Of a stretch of 64,000 nucleotides of DNA, positions 39,488-48,244 are shown in pieces (the stretch's first letter is position 1; each line of letters starts with the position of its first letter). The translations under genes and the position numbers were made by a program. The notes below the pieces were generated by a model. That model was given only the letters and a program-made list of their open reading frames with translations, made no database searches and was not told where the DNA came from. Origin of the DNA: Verrucomicrobiota bacterium (GTDB lineage Bacteria; Verrucomicrobiota; Verrucomicrobiia; Limisphaerales; UBA11358); the NCBI GenBank assembly GCA_049522015.1, contig JBEKOG010000001.1:142659-206658 (forward strand), written 5' to 3'.

Positions 39488-39588
39488 GACTCGCTACCGT
39501 TTCAAAACTACCGATTCGGTAGGAGTCATCAGTCCCGATGCTTCGGGACGGTTTGCCGCAGGCGCGGCCCGGCAAACTCCATTGCCGG
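39488..39588 (-). repeat. Leader repeat (family L) filling the spacer between the eno paralog stop and the AAA+ ATPase start
   Basis: In gene sense it reads ccggcaatggagtttgccgg...gtcccgaagcatcgggactgatgactcctaccgaatcggtagttttgaaacggtagcgagtc, then ATG. Confidence 0.8.
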
Positions 39589-39595
39589 CAAGAGA

Positions 39596-40900
39596 TTATT
39601 GCCAGGCACTTCGGGACAGCATCCCGCCATACCGTGCCTTTTTTCCCAACTCCTGTTCGATAGCGAGCAGGCGATTGTATTTGGCAATGCGCTCCGAGCG
39701 GCAGAGCGAGCCGGTCTTGATCTGGCCCGCGTTTGTTCCAACCGCGAAGTCAGCAATGAAGGCATCTTCCGTTTCACCGGAACGATGTGAGATTACTGTG
39801 CCGTAGCCGGCCTTTTGCGCCATCGCCACGGTTTCCAAAGTTTCGCTGACCGTGCCGATTTGGTTGAGCTTGATAAGAATGGCGTTGGCTATCCCGGCGC
39901 GGATGCCTTCCGCGAAAATCTTCGGGTTGGTGACAAAATTGTCGTCGCCGACAAGTTGCAGTTTCCTGCCCAGCGCCTTGGTGATGGCCAGCCAACCATT
40001 GCGGTCTTCCTCTCCCATGCCGTCTTCGAGCGAAACGATGGGATATTTTTTCACCCATTCCCCATAAAGCTCGACCATTTGTGCTGGAGTCTTGCGCGAT
40101 TTGTCGGACTTTTTGAATACGTAGCTGCCGTCGTCGTAGAACTCACTAGCGGCCGGGTCGAGGGCAATGGCGATGTCCTTGCCGGGCTTGTAACCAGCAG
40201 CTTCTATGGCTTCCACAATCACCTCCACGGCTTCGTCGTTCGTCTTGAGATTCGGCGCAAAGCCGCCTTCATCGCCGACTGAAGTTACCAGGCCGCGCTT
40301 CTGCAGGAGCTTCTTCAACGTGTGAAACGTTTCCGCGCCGTAGCGCAGCGCCTCGGCGAACGTCGGCGCACCGATGGGAAAGAGCATGAACTCCTGAAAG
40401 TCCACGTTGTTCGTCGCATGCGCACCGCCGTTCAGCACGTTCATTTGCGGTGCGGGCAGAACGTAGGGAGCGTCGGCTTTGACGCCGTGCAACTTGCGGA
40501 TGTAGGCGTAAAGCGGCAAACCGGAATCCAACGCGGCCGCGCGGCAGATGGCCATCGAAACGCCGAGCATCGCGTTCGCGCCAAGCTTGGATTTGTTTTC
40601 GGTGCCATCCAATTCACACATCAACTCGTCAATCTCCTTCTGTGCGTGTGGCGATTTGCCATTGAGTTTCGGCGCGATGATTTTGTTCACGTTGGCGACA
40701 GCATTGAGCACGCCTTTGCCACCGTAGCGTTTGGCGTCACCATCGCGGAGTTCGACGGCTTCGCGGATGCCGGTGGGCGCGCCGGACGGCACGCAGGCCG
40801 TGGCGGTGATGCCATTGTTAAGCGCGACGCTGACCATGACAGTCGGGTTGCCGCGCGAGTCGAGGATTTCCTGTGCGCTTATTTTTTCGATTTTGATCAT
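39596..40900 (-). CDS. Enolase paralog (434 aa) with Pro at the conserved Mg-binding Ser
   Basis: [63 protein letters not shown] and [12 protein letters not shown] are all present, but SGASTG reads SGAPTG (codon CCC). The start is taken at ATG 40900. Confidence 0.9.
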   Translation of the reverse strand: MIKIEKISAQEILDSRGNPTVMVSVALNNGITATACVPSGAPTGIREAVELRDGDAKRYGGKGVLNAVANVNKIIAPKLNGKSPHAQKEIDELMCELDGTENKSKLGANAMLGVSMAICRAAALDSGLPLYAYIRKLHGVKADAPYVLPAPQMNVLNGGAHATNNVDFQEFMLFPIGAPTFAEALRYGAETFHTLKKLLQKRGLVTSVGDEGGFAPNLKTNDEAVEVIVEAIEAAGYKPGKDIAIALDPAASEFYDDGSYVFKKSDKSRKTPAQMVELYGEWVKKYPIVSLEDGMGEEDRNGWLAITKALGRKLQLVGDDNFVTNPKIFAEGIRAGIANAILIKLNQIGTVSETLETVAMAQKAGYGTVISHRSGETEDAFIADFAVGTNAGQIKTGSLCRSERIAKYNRLLAIEQELGKKARYGGMLSRSAWQ

Positions 40901-40905
40901 AAATT

Positions 40906-41331
40906 CTATTGTTTGACGATTAACACGCTGCAATGCGCGTGGTCGCTGATGCGGTCGGCGGTGTCGCCGAGCAGGCGGCCCCACAACTCGGAATGGTCGC
41001 TGTGTCCGACGACAATCAAGTCGTAACCGCCTTCGTCGGCAAAGCGCAAAATGGTTTTGGCCGCGTGGCCCCGGCGCGTTTCGCAGCGGATGGGAATACC
41101 GTGTCCGGCCGCCACCTCCTGGATTTCCCGCGAACGTTCCTTGAAGTAATCGTCCGCCGCTTCAGCCTCCTCCTCATATTCGCCGGGCAGGTCGGAGTGG
41201 CGCGGCAGCAACTCACGCACCCAAAGGGCACCGAGGTCAGAGTTGAATCCTTTGGCCAGCACCGCCGCGCGCTGGAGCGCGGCCTTGCCGCCTTTGGAGC
41301 CGTCGTAACCCACGAGAATTTTTTTGAACAT
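40906..41331 (-). CDS. Universal stress protein (UspA family)
   Basis: [12 protein letters not shown]...[10 protein letters not shown]...[18 protein letters not shown]. Its stop lies 5 nt before the enolase paralog start. Confidence 0.85.
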   Translation of the reverse strand: MFKKILVGYDGSKGGKAALQRAAVLAKGFNSDLGALWVRELLPRHSDLPGEYEEEAEAADDYFKERSREIQEVAAGHGIPIRCETRRGHAAKTILRFADEGGYDLIVVGHSDHSELWGRLLGDTADRISDHAHCSVLIVKQ

Positions 41332-41358
41332 AACGCCTCACTTTTCAGTTTGCGCCGG

Positions 41359-42555
41359 TTAGCGCGGATTTTTGTTGTTAATTCGTTCGCTGTAAATTTT
41401 GCCCCATTCGACCATCGTTTCAATCGTCGGCTGGAAAAATTTTTGCGCGATGAGCGTCGGCACAAACGCGCTCAAAATCACCACCGTTACCAGCACGGTG
41501 TATTGCGTCTGGTCTATAATTTTGTTTTGGAGGCCGAACAACGCGGAGATGGTGCCGAAGGTCAGGCCGGTGGACATCAGCAATGTGGTGTAATTGGCCT
41601 CACGGTTGCGCATGTAAAAGACCTTGGTGAGCGGCCAGACACCGATGAATTTCGTCACCATTTTTATCAGCAACAAAATGGCAATAAGTCCCAGCGACGC
41701 CCACAACGCGGGCAGCGAAACGAAAAGGCCGGCTTTGATGAAGTAAAATGGCGTGAAGATCGTGAACGCAATGCTCCGCATCCGGTGAACGAGTGTTTTA
41801 TCGCGCAAAAACACGCCCGCGACGACCAGGCCGACCAGATACGCGGGTAACACCGCTTCGCTTTTGGCCGTGGACGCGAGGCCGCCGAGAAAGAACAGCA
41901 CGAAGAAGATGAATTTCACCTCCGGTTCGCTCACGCGGGTTGCGCCGAGTTTGGTGATGATGAACTGGGTCCACTTGGGCATGAACCAAAGCACCATCGC
42001 CGTCACCGCCACGAAAACGAGCAGCCAGAGGTTGAAGTCGGCAAAAAGTGAGCCGAGCGCCAGCACCGTGCCCAAATCCGTGATGAAGCACGCCGCCAGA
42101 ATCGTTTTGCCGAGCGGGGTTTGGCCAAAACCGCCTTCGATCATCACCGCGTAAACGACGGCGACGGACGTGGTGGACAACGCAATGCCGGCGATTTGCG
42201 CCTGAGGCAACGGCCAGCCGAGCACGAATTGCGCGAACAGCCACACGCAGACAAACGGAAGCAAAAACGACAGCACACCAATCGTCATGCTGGCGCGAAG
42301 ATTGGCGCGCAATGAGACCGGATCAATTTCCGCGCCCGCCAGGAACGTCAGCACACCGCTGCCCAGCATCGCCAGAAAATTGACCCAATCGGTCGTTTGC
42401 AAAATGTGCTGGCCGCCGGCGAAGTGAATGTTGCCCGCGAAGACGCCGAGCAGGATTTCGATGAGCGCCACGGAAATGCCGACGCGAATGGAAATCAAGC
42501 TGGCCGCGAACGCCAGTCCCATCCAGATGGCCGCCACATACCAAACGTGTTCCAT
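41359..42555 (-). CDS. Cation:proton antiporter (CPA2 / Na+-H+ exchanger family)
   Basis: About 12 TM segments in a Kef/NapA-like pattern. The start is taken at ATG 42555 (MEHVWYV), which is preceded by aggag 7 nt upstream. The track start at 42594 lies inside leader repeat L. Confidence 0.85.
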   Translation of the reverse strand: MEHVWYVAAIWMGLAFAASLISIRVGISVALIEILLGVFAGNIHFAGGQHILQTTDWVNFLAMLGSGVLTFLAGAEIDPVSLRANLRASMTIGVLSFLLPFVCVWLFAQFVLGWPLPQAQIAGIALSTTSVAVVYAVMIEGGFGQTPLGKTILAACFITDLGTVLALGSLFADFNLWLLVFVAVTAMVLWFMPKWTQFIITKLGATRVSEPEVKFIFFVLFFLGGLASTAKSEAVLPAYLVGLVVAGVFLRDKTLVHRMRSIAFTIFTPFYFIKAGLFVSLPALWASLGLIAILLLIKMVTKFIGVWPLTKVFYMRNREANYTTLLMSTGLTFGTISALFGLQNKIIDQTQYTVLVTVVILSAFVPTLIAQKFFQPTIETMVEWGKIYSERINNKNPR

Positions 42556-42594
42556 AAAAATACTCCTGCCAATGTCCACCAATTCAACGGACAT

Positions 42595-42665
42595 CAGTAG
42601 GAGTCATTAGCGCTGAAACAGTCAGGCTGTTCTCCCATGCCGGGACGGCAAACTCCATTGCCGGG
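42595..42665 (-). repeat. Leader repeat (family L), truncated copy upstream of the CPA2 gene
   Basis: In gene sense it reads cccggcaatggagtttgccgtcccgg...ctgactgtttcagcgctaatgactcctac. Confidence 0.7.
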
Positions 42666-42728
42666 AAAAATGTTATCCTATCGGCATCCGGCCCGCAACC
42701 AGAATCCGGCTTGGGCCAAGGTCCGGAA

Positions 42729-44207
42729 TCAGGGTGCGCTCGCAGCCTTGACCGGGGTCAGGACTTTTTTATCAAAGCCCGGGCCGGACCAGGCCACATG
42801 AAGGGTCGGATCGCCGGTGGCATGGACGTATTCAATCTTGATTTCAGCCGGCTGGTTGTCGGGCAGGGTGATCGTTTCAGCAACTTCATCACGCCCCGGG
42901 GTTTTCTTGTTCAGCAGCAATTTGGAATTCACAAACAACTTCACCCGATTGTCGCCATCGGCATAGAAAGTGTAGGTTCCACTGGCCGGCAGCAGAATCG
43001 TTCCGGTCCAACGCGCGGAGAAATTCTCCTCCGGAACACCGGCTGATGCATCGGGCGACCCGGTTCCTCGTTCCGTGCCCAGATCAAAGTCAATCATGGG
43101 CGTGACGGATTTTTTAGCCAGTTCGGCAAAGTTTGCATCCTTGTAATATTCCACGGCAAACAGCGGGGCGTTCGCAAAGCCTTTCGCTCCGAGCAATGCC
43201 TTGACGTCATCAACCGACCAAGGATGGCCGTCAGGATAAACAACTCCGTGGAAGGGTTTCGGAGTTTCATCTTTGCGCGGATGTTCGCGGTTTTCATCCC
43301 AGGTGAACCGGCAGTTGTCCCGCCCGATGCCAAACTCCCAGAGAATAAACCCGGTCTTGTCTTTGAAATGTTCGACAATGCCGGGAACCGTTTGTTCGCG
43401 GCGGTTCATGCATTCGGTGTTCAATGAATCCGGCGTGCCGGTATAATCATAACCGCCATACTCGTGCCAGGATTTGAAATCAGAATACGGTTCGCCGGCG
43501 AACCCGCGGCCGGTCGCCGTCACCGGAATCGTTGTGCCGGTCTCATGAATCCAATCATAGGCATCCTTCAACAATTGTTTGGTTTCCGGCGATTTATTGG
43601 GTTCGTTGTAGGTCTCCCAAAACGCAATCCGTTTGTCATCTTTGTGCGCGTTGACAATGTCCTGGATGTAGGCCTTGAGCCGGTCCCGGTTTTCCGCGTA
43701 ATGTTTTTGCACCTGTTCACCCGGACAAACGAGCCACCGGCTGTTATGCACGCCAACGATGGGCGCGGGATACTTGTAATCCGGCGCGAGCAGCGCCGCC
43801 TCCGGCTGGTTCCAGCAATCATCGAAAAAGACAAATTCCGTTTTGATGCCATACTTGTCGGCCCGGGTCAGAAAATCCTCGATGTCCTTGAGCAAGGCAT
43901 CCTTCTTTTTCAGGTAAATGTAGTGATGCAGATAAACCCGGACGCAATTGAACCCATAAACGGACGCATAATGAAGTTCGCGATCATTGATGACCGGGTC
44001 GTATTCGTCCCATTGCTGGGCTTCGTTCACATATTTTGTCGGAACAAAAACCGCGCCTTTCACCCAGCGCCAATCGGCCTTGTAGCTCAACGGAGCGGGG
44101 AGGTCTGTGTTCGTCGCTGGCCCGGCTCCGACGCCGGCAATTGACAACGAGAACAGGACCAGGGCAATGACCGTGCGACCGATGGCCATCCGTGGTTGCG
44201 CGGACAT
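42729..44207 (-). CDS. Secreted clan GH-A glycoside hydrolase with a C-terminal PA14 domain
   Basis: Signal peptide MSAQPRMAIGRTVIALVLFSLSIAG (ATG 44207), WETYNEP (acid/base), ILWEFGIG (nucleophile context) and PA14-like FSARWTGTILLPASGTYTFYADGDNRVKLFVN. Confidence 0.8.
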   Translation of the reverse strand: MSAQPRMAIGRTVIALVLFSLSIAGVGAGPATNTDLPAPLSYKADWRWVKGAVFVPTKYVNEAQQWDEYDPVINDRELHYASVYGFNCVRVYLHHYIYLKKKDALLKDIEDFLTRADKYGIKTEFVFFDDCWNQPEAALLAPDYKYPAPIVGVHNSRWLVCPGEQVQKHYAENRDRLKAYIQDIVNAHKDDKRIAFWETYNEPNKSPETKQLLKDAYDWIHETGTTIPVTATGRGFAGEPYSDFKSWHEYGGYDYTGTPDSLNTECMNRREQTVPGIVEHFKDKTGFILWEFGIGRDNCRFTWDENREHPRKDETPKPFHGVVYPDGHPWSVDDVKALLGAKGFANAPLFAVEYYKDANFAELAKKSVTPMIDFDLGTERGTGSPDASAGVPEENFSARWTGTILLPASGTYTFYADGDNRVKLFVNSKLLLNKKTPGRDEVAETITLPDNQPAEIKIEYVHATGDPTLHVAWSGPGFDKKVLTPVKAASAP

Positions 44208-44243
44208 AAAATTCCTTTGCGGAAGCGACATCGGTTGGCAGGA

Positions 44244-44328
44244 AGCATCAACGCTGAAATGGTCAGCCCCGAAAGCTTTCGGGGTAGCGCGGTTTTCCAA
44301 TGATGGGAGTGCAAACTCCATTGCCGGG
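44244..44328 (-). repeat. Leader repeat (family L), diverged copy upstream of the GH-PA14 gene
   Basis: In gene sense it reads cccggcaatggagtttgcactccc...ccccgaaagctttcggggctgaccatttcagcgttgatgc. Confidence 0.65.
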
Positions 44329-44395
44329 TGGATTGATAGCGGGCGAACCGTGGGTTGGCAACCGGAAATCGGTTTCGTGCCGGCAAGGTTTTGAT

Positions 44396-45508
44396 TCATG
44401 ATTTGCCATTCCAGGCCGGCAATTGGACAAACCCGCTTTTCCGTTCGCTCTTTTCCCAGAGCCGGTTCAGAGAAGCGATGCGTTCGCTGGTGGCGGGATG
44501 GCTGCGGAACATTTCAGGGATGGTGGTGGCGGCTTCACCTTCCGTCTGAAGTCGGAAAAAATCGGCCAAGCCGCGCGGGTCAATGTTGGCCGCCATCAAG
44601 TAATGCCATCCGATGGTGTCCGCTTCGTGTTCCACGTCCCGCGAATAATACTGATTGACCAGCAACTGGGAGCCGGCGCTGATGGCGGACAATACTCCCT
44701 GCTGGTCACTGACAAACAGCCGCAGGATATAATAAGGTCCGCCGCCGGCGATGAGCTTTCGCAGGCCATGCCGTTGCGTGACATGGGCCATTTCGTGCGC
44801 GAGCACGCCGGCCAGTTCCTCCGGTTTCTGGACGCGGTCCAGCAGGCCGGTGAAGACAAAGATCCTCCCGCCCGGCAGGGCAAAGGCATTGACCACAGGC
44901 CGGTCAATCAGGGCGGCCTGAAATTGATAACGGCGCTCCGCCGGCGGCAGGGCGGCGGCAAGGCGCGCCACCAACTGGGCGACCACGCCAATGCGGGCAT
45001 CATTGGTATCGATGATGAACAGCTTGGGGTGTTCGGCAATGACCTTGTCCGTCAGGTGTTCTTCCCACGCAACGGGGGCGTGATTGGCCAGGGAATTGGC
45101 GGCGGCCTTTACCAGCAACCACCCGATGAAAAAAAAACCGACAAAACCAGCCAAAAATATCAGCGCGTATTTGAGACTGCGATTTCCTTCGCGCCGTTCG
45201 CGCAATTCGCGCGCCTGGGCGCGGAGGTGCGCCTGTCGGAGGAGAAAAACATCGTTCAAAATCCGCCCGTCCGCGGATTCGATCCACCAACCGGTTCCGG
45301 CATCGTGAAAAACCAGGTTGCCGGCGGAATTCTGGTCGAGGATCAGGCGGGACAAAGGCAGTTCCAAGGTGCCGGACGCGTGTTCAAATTGAAGGTCGCC
45401 AAAGGTGAACCGGAAGCGGCCGGGAAGCGCCTGCTCTTCTTCACCTTCCAGGAAAGCGAATCCATCGTAGATGACCAGCAGTGCGCTCACAGAACGCCCG
45501 TGTAACAA
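44396..45508 (-). CDS. M48-family zinc metallopeptidase with an N-terminal domain and one TM segment
   Basis: HExxH in LAHEMAHVTQRH, TM segment YALIFLAGFVGFFFIGWLLV and C-terminal HPATSERI. Confidence 0.8.
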   Translation of the reverse strand: MLHGRSVSALLVIYDGFAFLEGEEEQALPGRFRFTFGDLQFEHASGTLELPLSRLILDQNSAGNLVFHDAGTGWWIESADGRILNDVFLLRQAHLRAQARELRERREGNRSLKYALIFLAGFVGFFFIGWLLVKAAANSLANHAPVAWEEHLTDKVIAEHPKLFIIDTNDARIGVVAQLVARLAAALPPAERRYQFQAALIDRPVVNAFALPGGRIFVFTGLLDRVQKPEELAGVLAHEMAHVTQRHGLRKLIAGGGPYYILRLFVSDQQGVLSAISAGSQLLVNQYYSRDVEHEADTIGWHYLMAANIDPRGLADFFRLQTEGEAATTIPEMFRSHPATSERIASLNRLWEKSERKSGFVQLPAWNGKS

Positions 45509-45613
45509 AGGTGCCGGGGATTGTCAAAATGAATTGACCGCAACGGTTTGGTTCTTTAGCCTTGTTTTGAAAGTCGAAGGTCAACCATCAGATAAATTCA
45601 ATCCACTGGATTT

Positions 45614-46888
45614 ATGGTGCGGCTGCGCATGGAAGGAAGTCCGCACGGTTTGCAGGAGATCCTGCTCAAACCGGGATTGAACCGGCTGGGACGGGTCGCG
45701 GACAACGATTTTCAAATCAGCGACGATTCCGTTTCCAGCCATCATTGCCAGATTGAACTAAAGGACGGCGTCATCACCGTGCAGGATCTGAACTCCACCA
45801 ACGGGACCTTTCTCGACGGACAACCCATTCAACAGGCGGTGCTTCATCCCGGACAGGTCTTGTGTCTGGGAACGGTGCCCATGGTCTGTCAGGACGACCC
45901 CGTCACGGAACCGGCAGACATTCCTGCCGGACCGTCTTCGGGCGCGGGTGCGGGCGTGACCCCATCGGCGGCAAATCCCGCCGGCATTCCGGTTGCCGTC
46001 AACACCGGCGTGTGCGCCCAGCATCCCCAGGCTGCCGCCAAGTGGTGTTGTGTCAAATGCGGCGGCGCGTTCTGCACGGCTTGTGTGAAAACCACCCGGG
46101 TGGGCGGACAGTTTTTTCGCGCGTGCCCCAGGTGCGGCGGCAGTTGTATGAGCGTTGCCGAATACACGCGCCTTATGACCCCGGCCCCCACCAACTTCTT
46201 TGCCCTTTGGCGGGAGGCATTTTCCTATCCCCTCAAGAAGGATGGCGCAATTCTGCTGGTTTGCGGAACGATCGTTTTTAGCCTCCTCGATGGCGGGCGT
46301 TGGGTTTTGTCCTACTTCAAGTTTGCGGGATTTATGGGATTGGCTTACTGGCTTTGTCTCATCATGAGTGTCGGCTATCTGTTTGCGTTCATGCAAAACA
46401 TTGTCCAGGCCTCTTCCCAAGGCGAGGAGAAAATGCCCGATTGGCCGGAGATATCAGGCTTTTGGGACGATCTGGCGATTCCCTTTTTTCGGTTTGGCGT
46501 CATCTGGTTCCTCTGTCTGGGTCCCGGCATCGCGGTCATGCTGTTGGTCTCGCCGCTGGCCGGTGTGCCGCTGCTGTTTCTGGGGCTTTTCTGCCTGCCG
46601 ATGGCCATTTTGACCGTGTGCCTCGCCGACGGCATTGCCGGCCTGAATCCGATCATCATTTTTTCCGGCATCGGAAAGGTTCCGCTGCCCTATCTGACCA
46701 CCTGTGGGATTTTTTTGATGGTCATTGCGATCATGCATGGCAGCCGGATGCTGCTTGAATTGACCGGGATCCCCATGTTGCCAACAGTTATCAGCGCGTT
46801 TATCAGCCTCTATGGGATTACCGTTGAAATGCGGTTGCTGGGACTGCTCTACTTCACCAACAAGTCAAAGCTGGCATGGTTTGAGTGA
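45614..46888 (+). CDS. FHA domain - B-box-like zinc finger - polytopic membrane domain protein
   Basis: FHA (LGRVADNDFQI...SSHHCQI...QDLNSTNGTFLDG). Cys/His cluster CAQHP...CCVKCGGAFCTACV...CPRCGG. Then about 6-7 TM helices. Confidence 0.8.
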   Translation: MVRLRMEGSPHGLQEILLKPGLNRLGRVADNDFQISDDSVSSHHCQIELKDGVITVQDLNSTNGTFLDGQPIQQAVLHPGQVLCLGTVPMVCQDDPVTEPADIPAGPSSGAGAGVTPSAANPAGIPVAVNTGVCAQHPQAAAKWCCVKCGGAFCTACVKTTRVGGQFFRACPRCGGSCMSVAEYTRLMTPAPTNFFALWREAFSYPLKKDGAILLVCGTIVFSLLDGGRWVLSYFKFAGFMGLAYWLCLIMSVGYLFAFMQNIVQASSQGEEKMPDWPEISGFWDDLAIPFFRFGVIWFLCLGPGIAVMLLVSPLAGVPLLFLGLFCLPMAILTVCLADGIAGLNPIIIFSGIGKVPLPYLTTCGIFLMVIAIMHGSRMLLELTGIPMLPTVISAFISLYGITVEMRLLGLLYFTNKSKLAWFE

Positions 46889-46941
46889 AGAGAGGCACGC
46901 TACCATATTTAACCCGGCGATTTGGCAATCGCAAAGCCGGT

Positions 46942-47946
46942 TTACATCGCTGGCGGTGCGACCGGCATCGGCGGCAATCCTGGCGATGCCGGGGGCGGGG
47001 GCGGGAACACGTCATATTCCGGGCCGAACTGCGCCAGGAAATAAAGCGGATACGCCCGTTTGAATACCAGCACCGGCAGCAGCAGCACCGTGCCCAAGTA
47101 TGGCAGCAGCATCAAACAACCGGCGCAGCAGCAGGTCACGAGCACCACCATCACAATCAATATGCCAATCGCCATGCCGAGGACGATTTGGAACAGGATA
47201 TACAGCACGAACAGCCAGAAGTGGGCGGTTAGCAGGCCGTAAAATTCCCTCCACGCCGCCAGGCATTTGGACCGGCGCAACAGCATGATGGGCACGACAA
47301 AGTCCACCGTGAATTTTTTGATGATGGCAAAGACGATCGCCACCAGGAAAAGCGCCAGTCCGAGTCCGATGGCCGTCATGATGCCGGCCACGTCCGGTTC
47401 ACCGCGGTAAATCATTTTCAAAATCATGACGGCGATGATCCCCAGCAGCGGCAGCGTCAGGACCATCCCCGCCAGTCCCAGCACGAGGCGGAACCAGAAC
47501 AGGCTGTTGGCCTCGGGCGCAAATTTGTTCCACGGTTCGGTGACTTCCGCCCGGTTCAGCGCCACGCAGTGGAGGAACATGAATTTGCCCCGGCTGTTAA
47601 GCCATAAAAAGAGCAATCCCAGTCCCAAAACAACGACGATCAGGAAGGCGGCCAGCGGGATGATCCAGTCCAGATTGTTCAACAGATAGTCCCGGGCCTG
47701 GTCGAGGGCGTGGCGAAAATCAGCCCCGTTCCGGTGCGAATGGTTGCCGAAGTTGTAGTTGCCGCCGCCGGAACCGGAACCGGCCTCGCCGAGATAAGCC
47801 AGCCACGCGCAAAAGCCGATGATGAACCATTTGCCGAGGTCGAACGGCTGGAACAACATCCGCTTCACGTGTTCCAGCGCCGGGCTGACCGGCTCGACCA
47901 CGTTGATTTCCCGGGGCGTTGCTGTCATAGGTTGAATCGGGTTCAC
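46942..47946 (-). CDS. Hypothetical polytopic membrane protein with a Pro-rich C-terminus
   Basis: 334 aa with several long hydrophobic helices, a CCCAGC patch and the tail PPPPPASPGLPPMPVAPPAM. Confidence 0.7.
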   Translation of the reverse strand: MNPIQPMTATPREINVVEPVSPALEHVKRMLFQPFDLGKWFIIGFCAWLAYLGEAGSGSGGGNYNFGNHSHRNGADFRHALDQARDYLLNNLDWIIPLAAFLIVVVLGLGLLFLWLNSRGKFMFLHCVALNRAEVTEPWNKFAPEANSLFWFRLVLGLAGMVLTLPLLGIIAVMILKMIYRGEPDVAGIMTAIGLGLALFLVAIVFAIIKKFTVDFVVPIMLLRRSKCLAAWREFYGLLTAHFWLFVLYILFQIVLGMAIGILIVMVVLVTCCCAGCLMLLPYLGTVLLLPVLVFKRAYPLYFLAQFGPEYDVFPPPPPASPGLPPMPVAPPAM

Positions 47947-48014
47947 TGGTATTGAACTTTATTCCGCGCCCGGCGGGCGGGGAAGTATATTTTGGAACGG
48001 AATTTGTAACGCGG

Positions 48015-48128
48015 CGCGCGGCTTGTCCCAAGCCGCAGCACGTCCGGAAGCAACCTCCAGTCTGGGAAATATTTACGAATCGTTTTGCGCGGAGATGGCA
48101 CCTGCGAGTTGAGACAACTCGCACTCCG
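48015..48128. mobile_element. MITE-like element (family B), second copy
   Basis: gcgcgcggcttgtcccaagccgcagcac ... cctgcgagttgagacaactcgcactccg. Same termini as 36502-36615. Confidence 0.75.
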
Positions 48129-48244
48129 GCGTGCAATTCATTGTCGCCGAAGGGCATTTTTTGCTTGGCAGCCCGAAACAGAGTTGGGTAGGGTAATACT
48201 ACTATCAGAAAAAGAAACTTTGTGAAATTGAATCGAATGAACTC

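Noticed and set aside
39488-39588. Hammerhead-ribozyme-like motif in leader repeat L. In gene sense it reads ACCG-UC, a hairpin CCCGA/UCGGG, CUGAUGA, a hairpin, GAAA, then CGGU, which could pair as stem III.
   Set aside because: Two extra nucleotides separate stem I from CUGAUGA. The helix after CUGAUGA starts with three mismatched pairs instead of a closed stem II. The paralogous copy at 36329-36416 lacks the GAAA-CGGU arrangement. It is more likely a chance resemblance inside a repeat.
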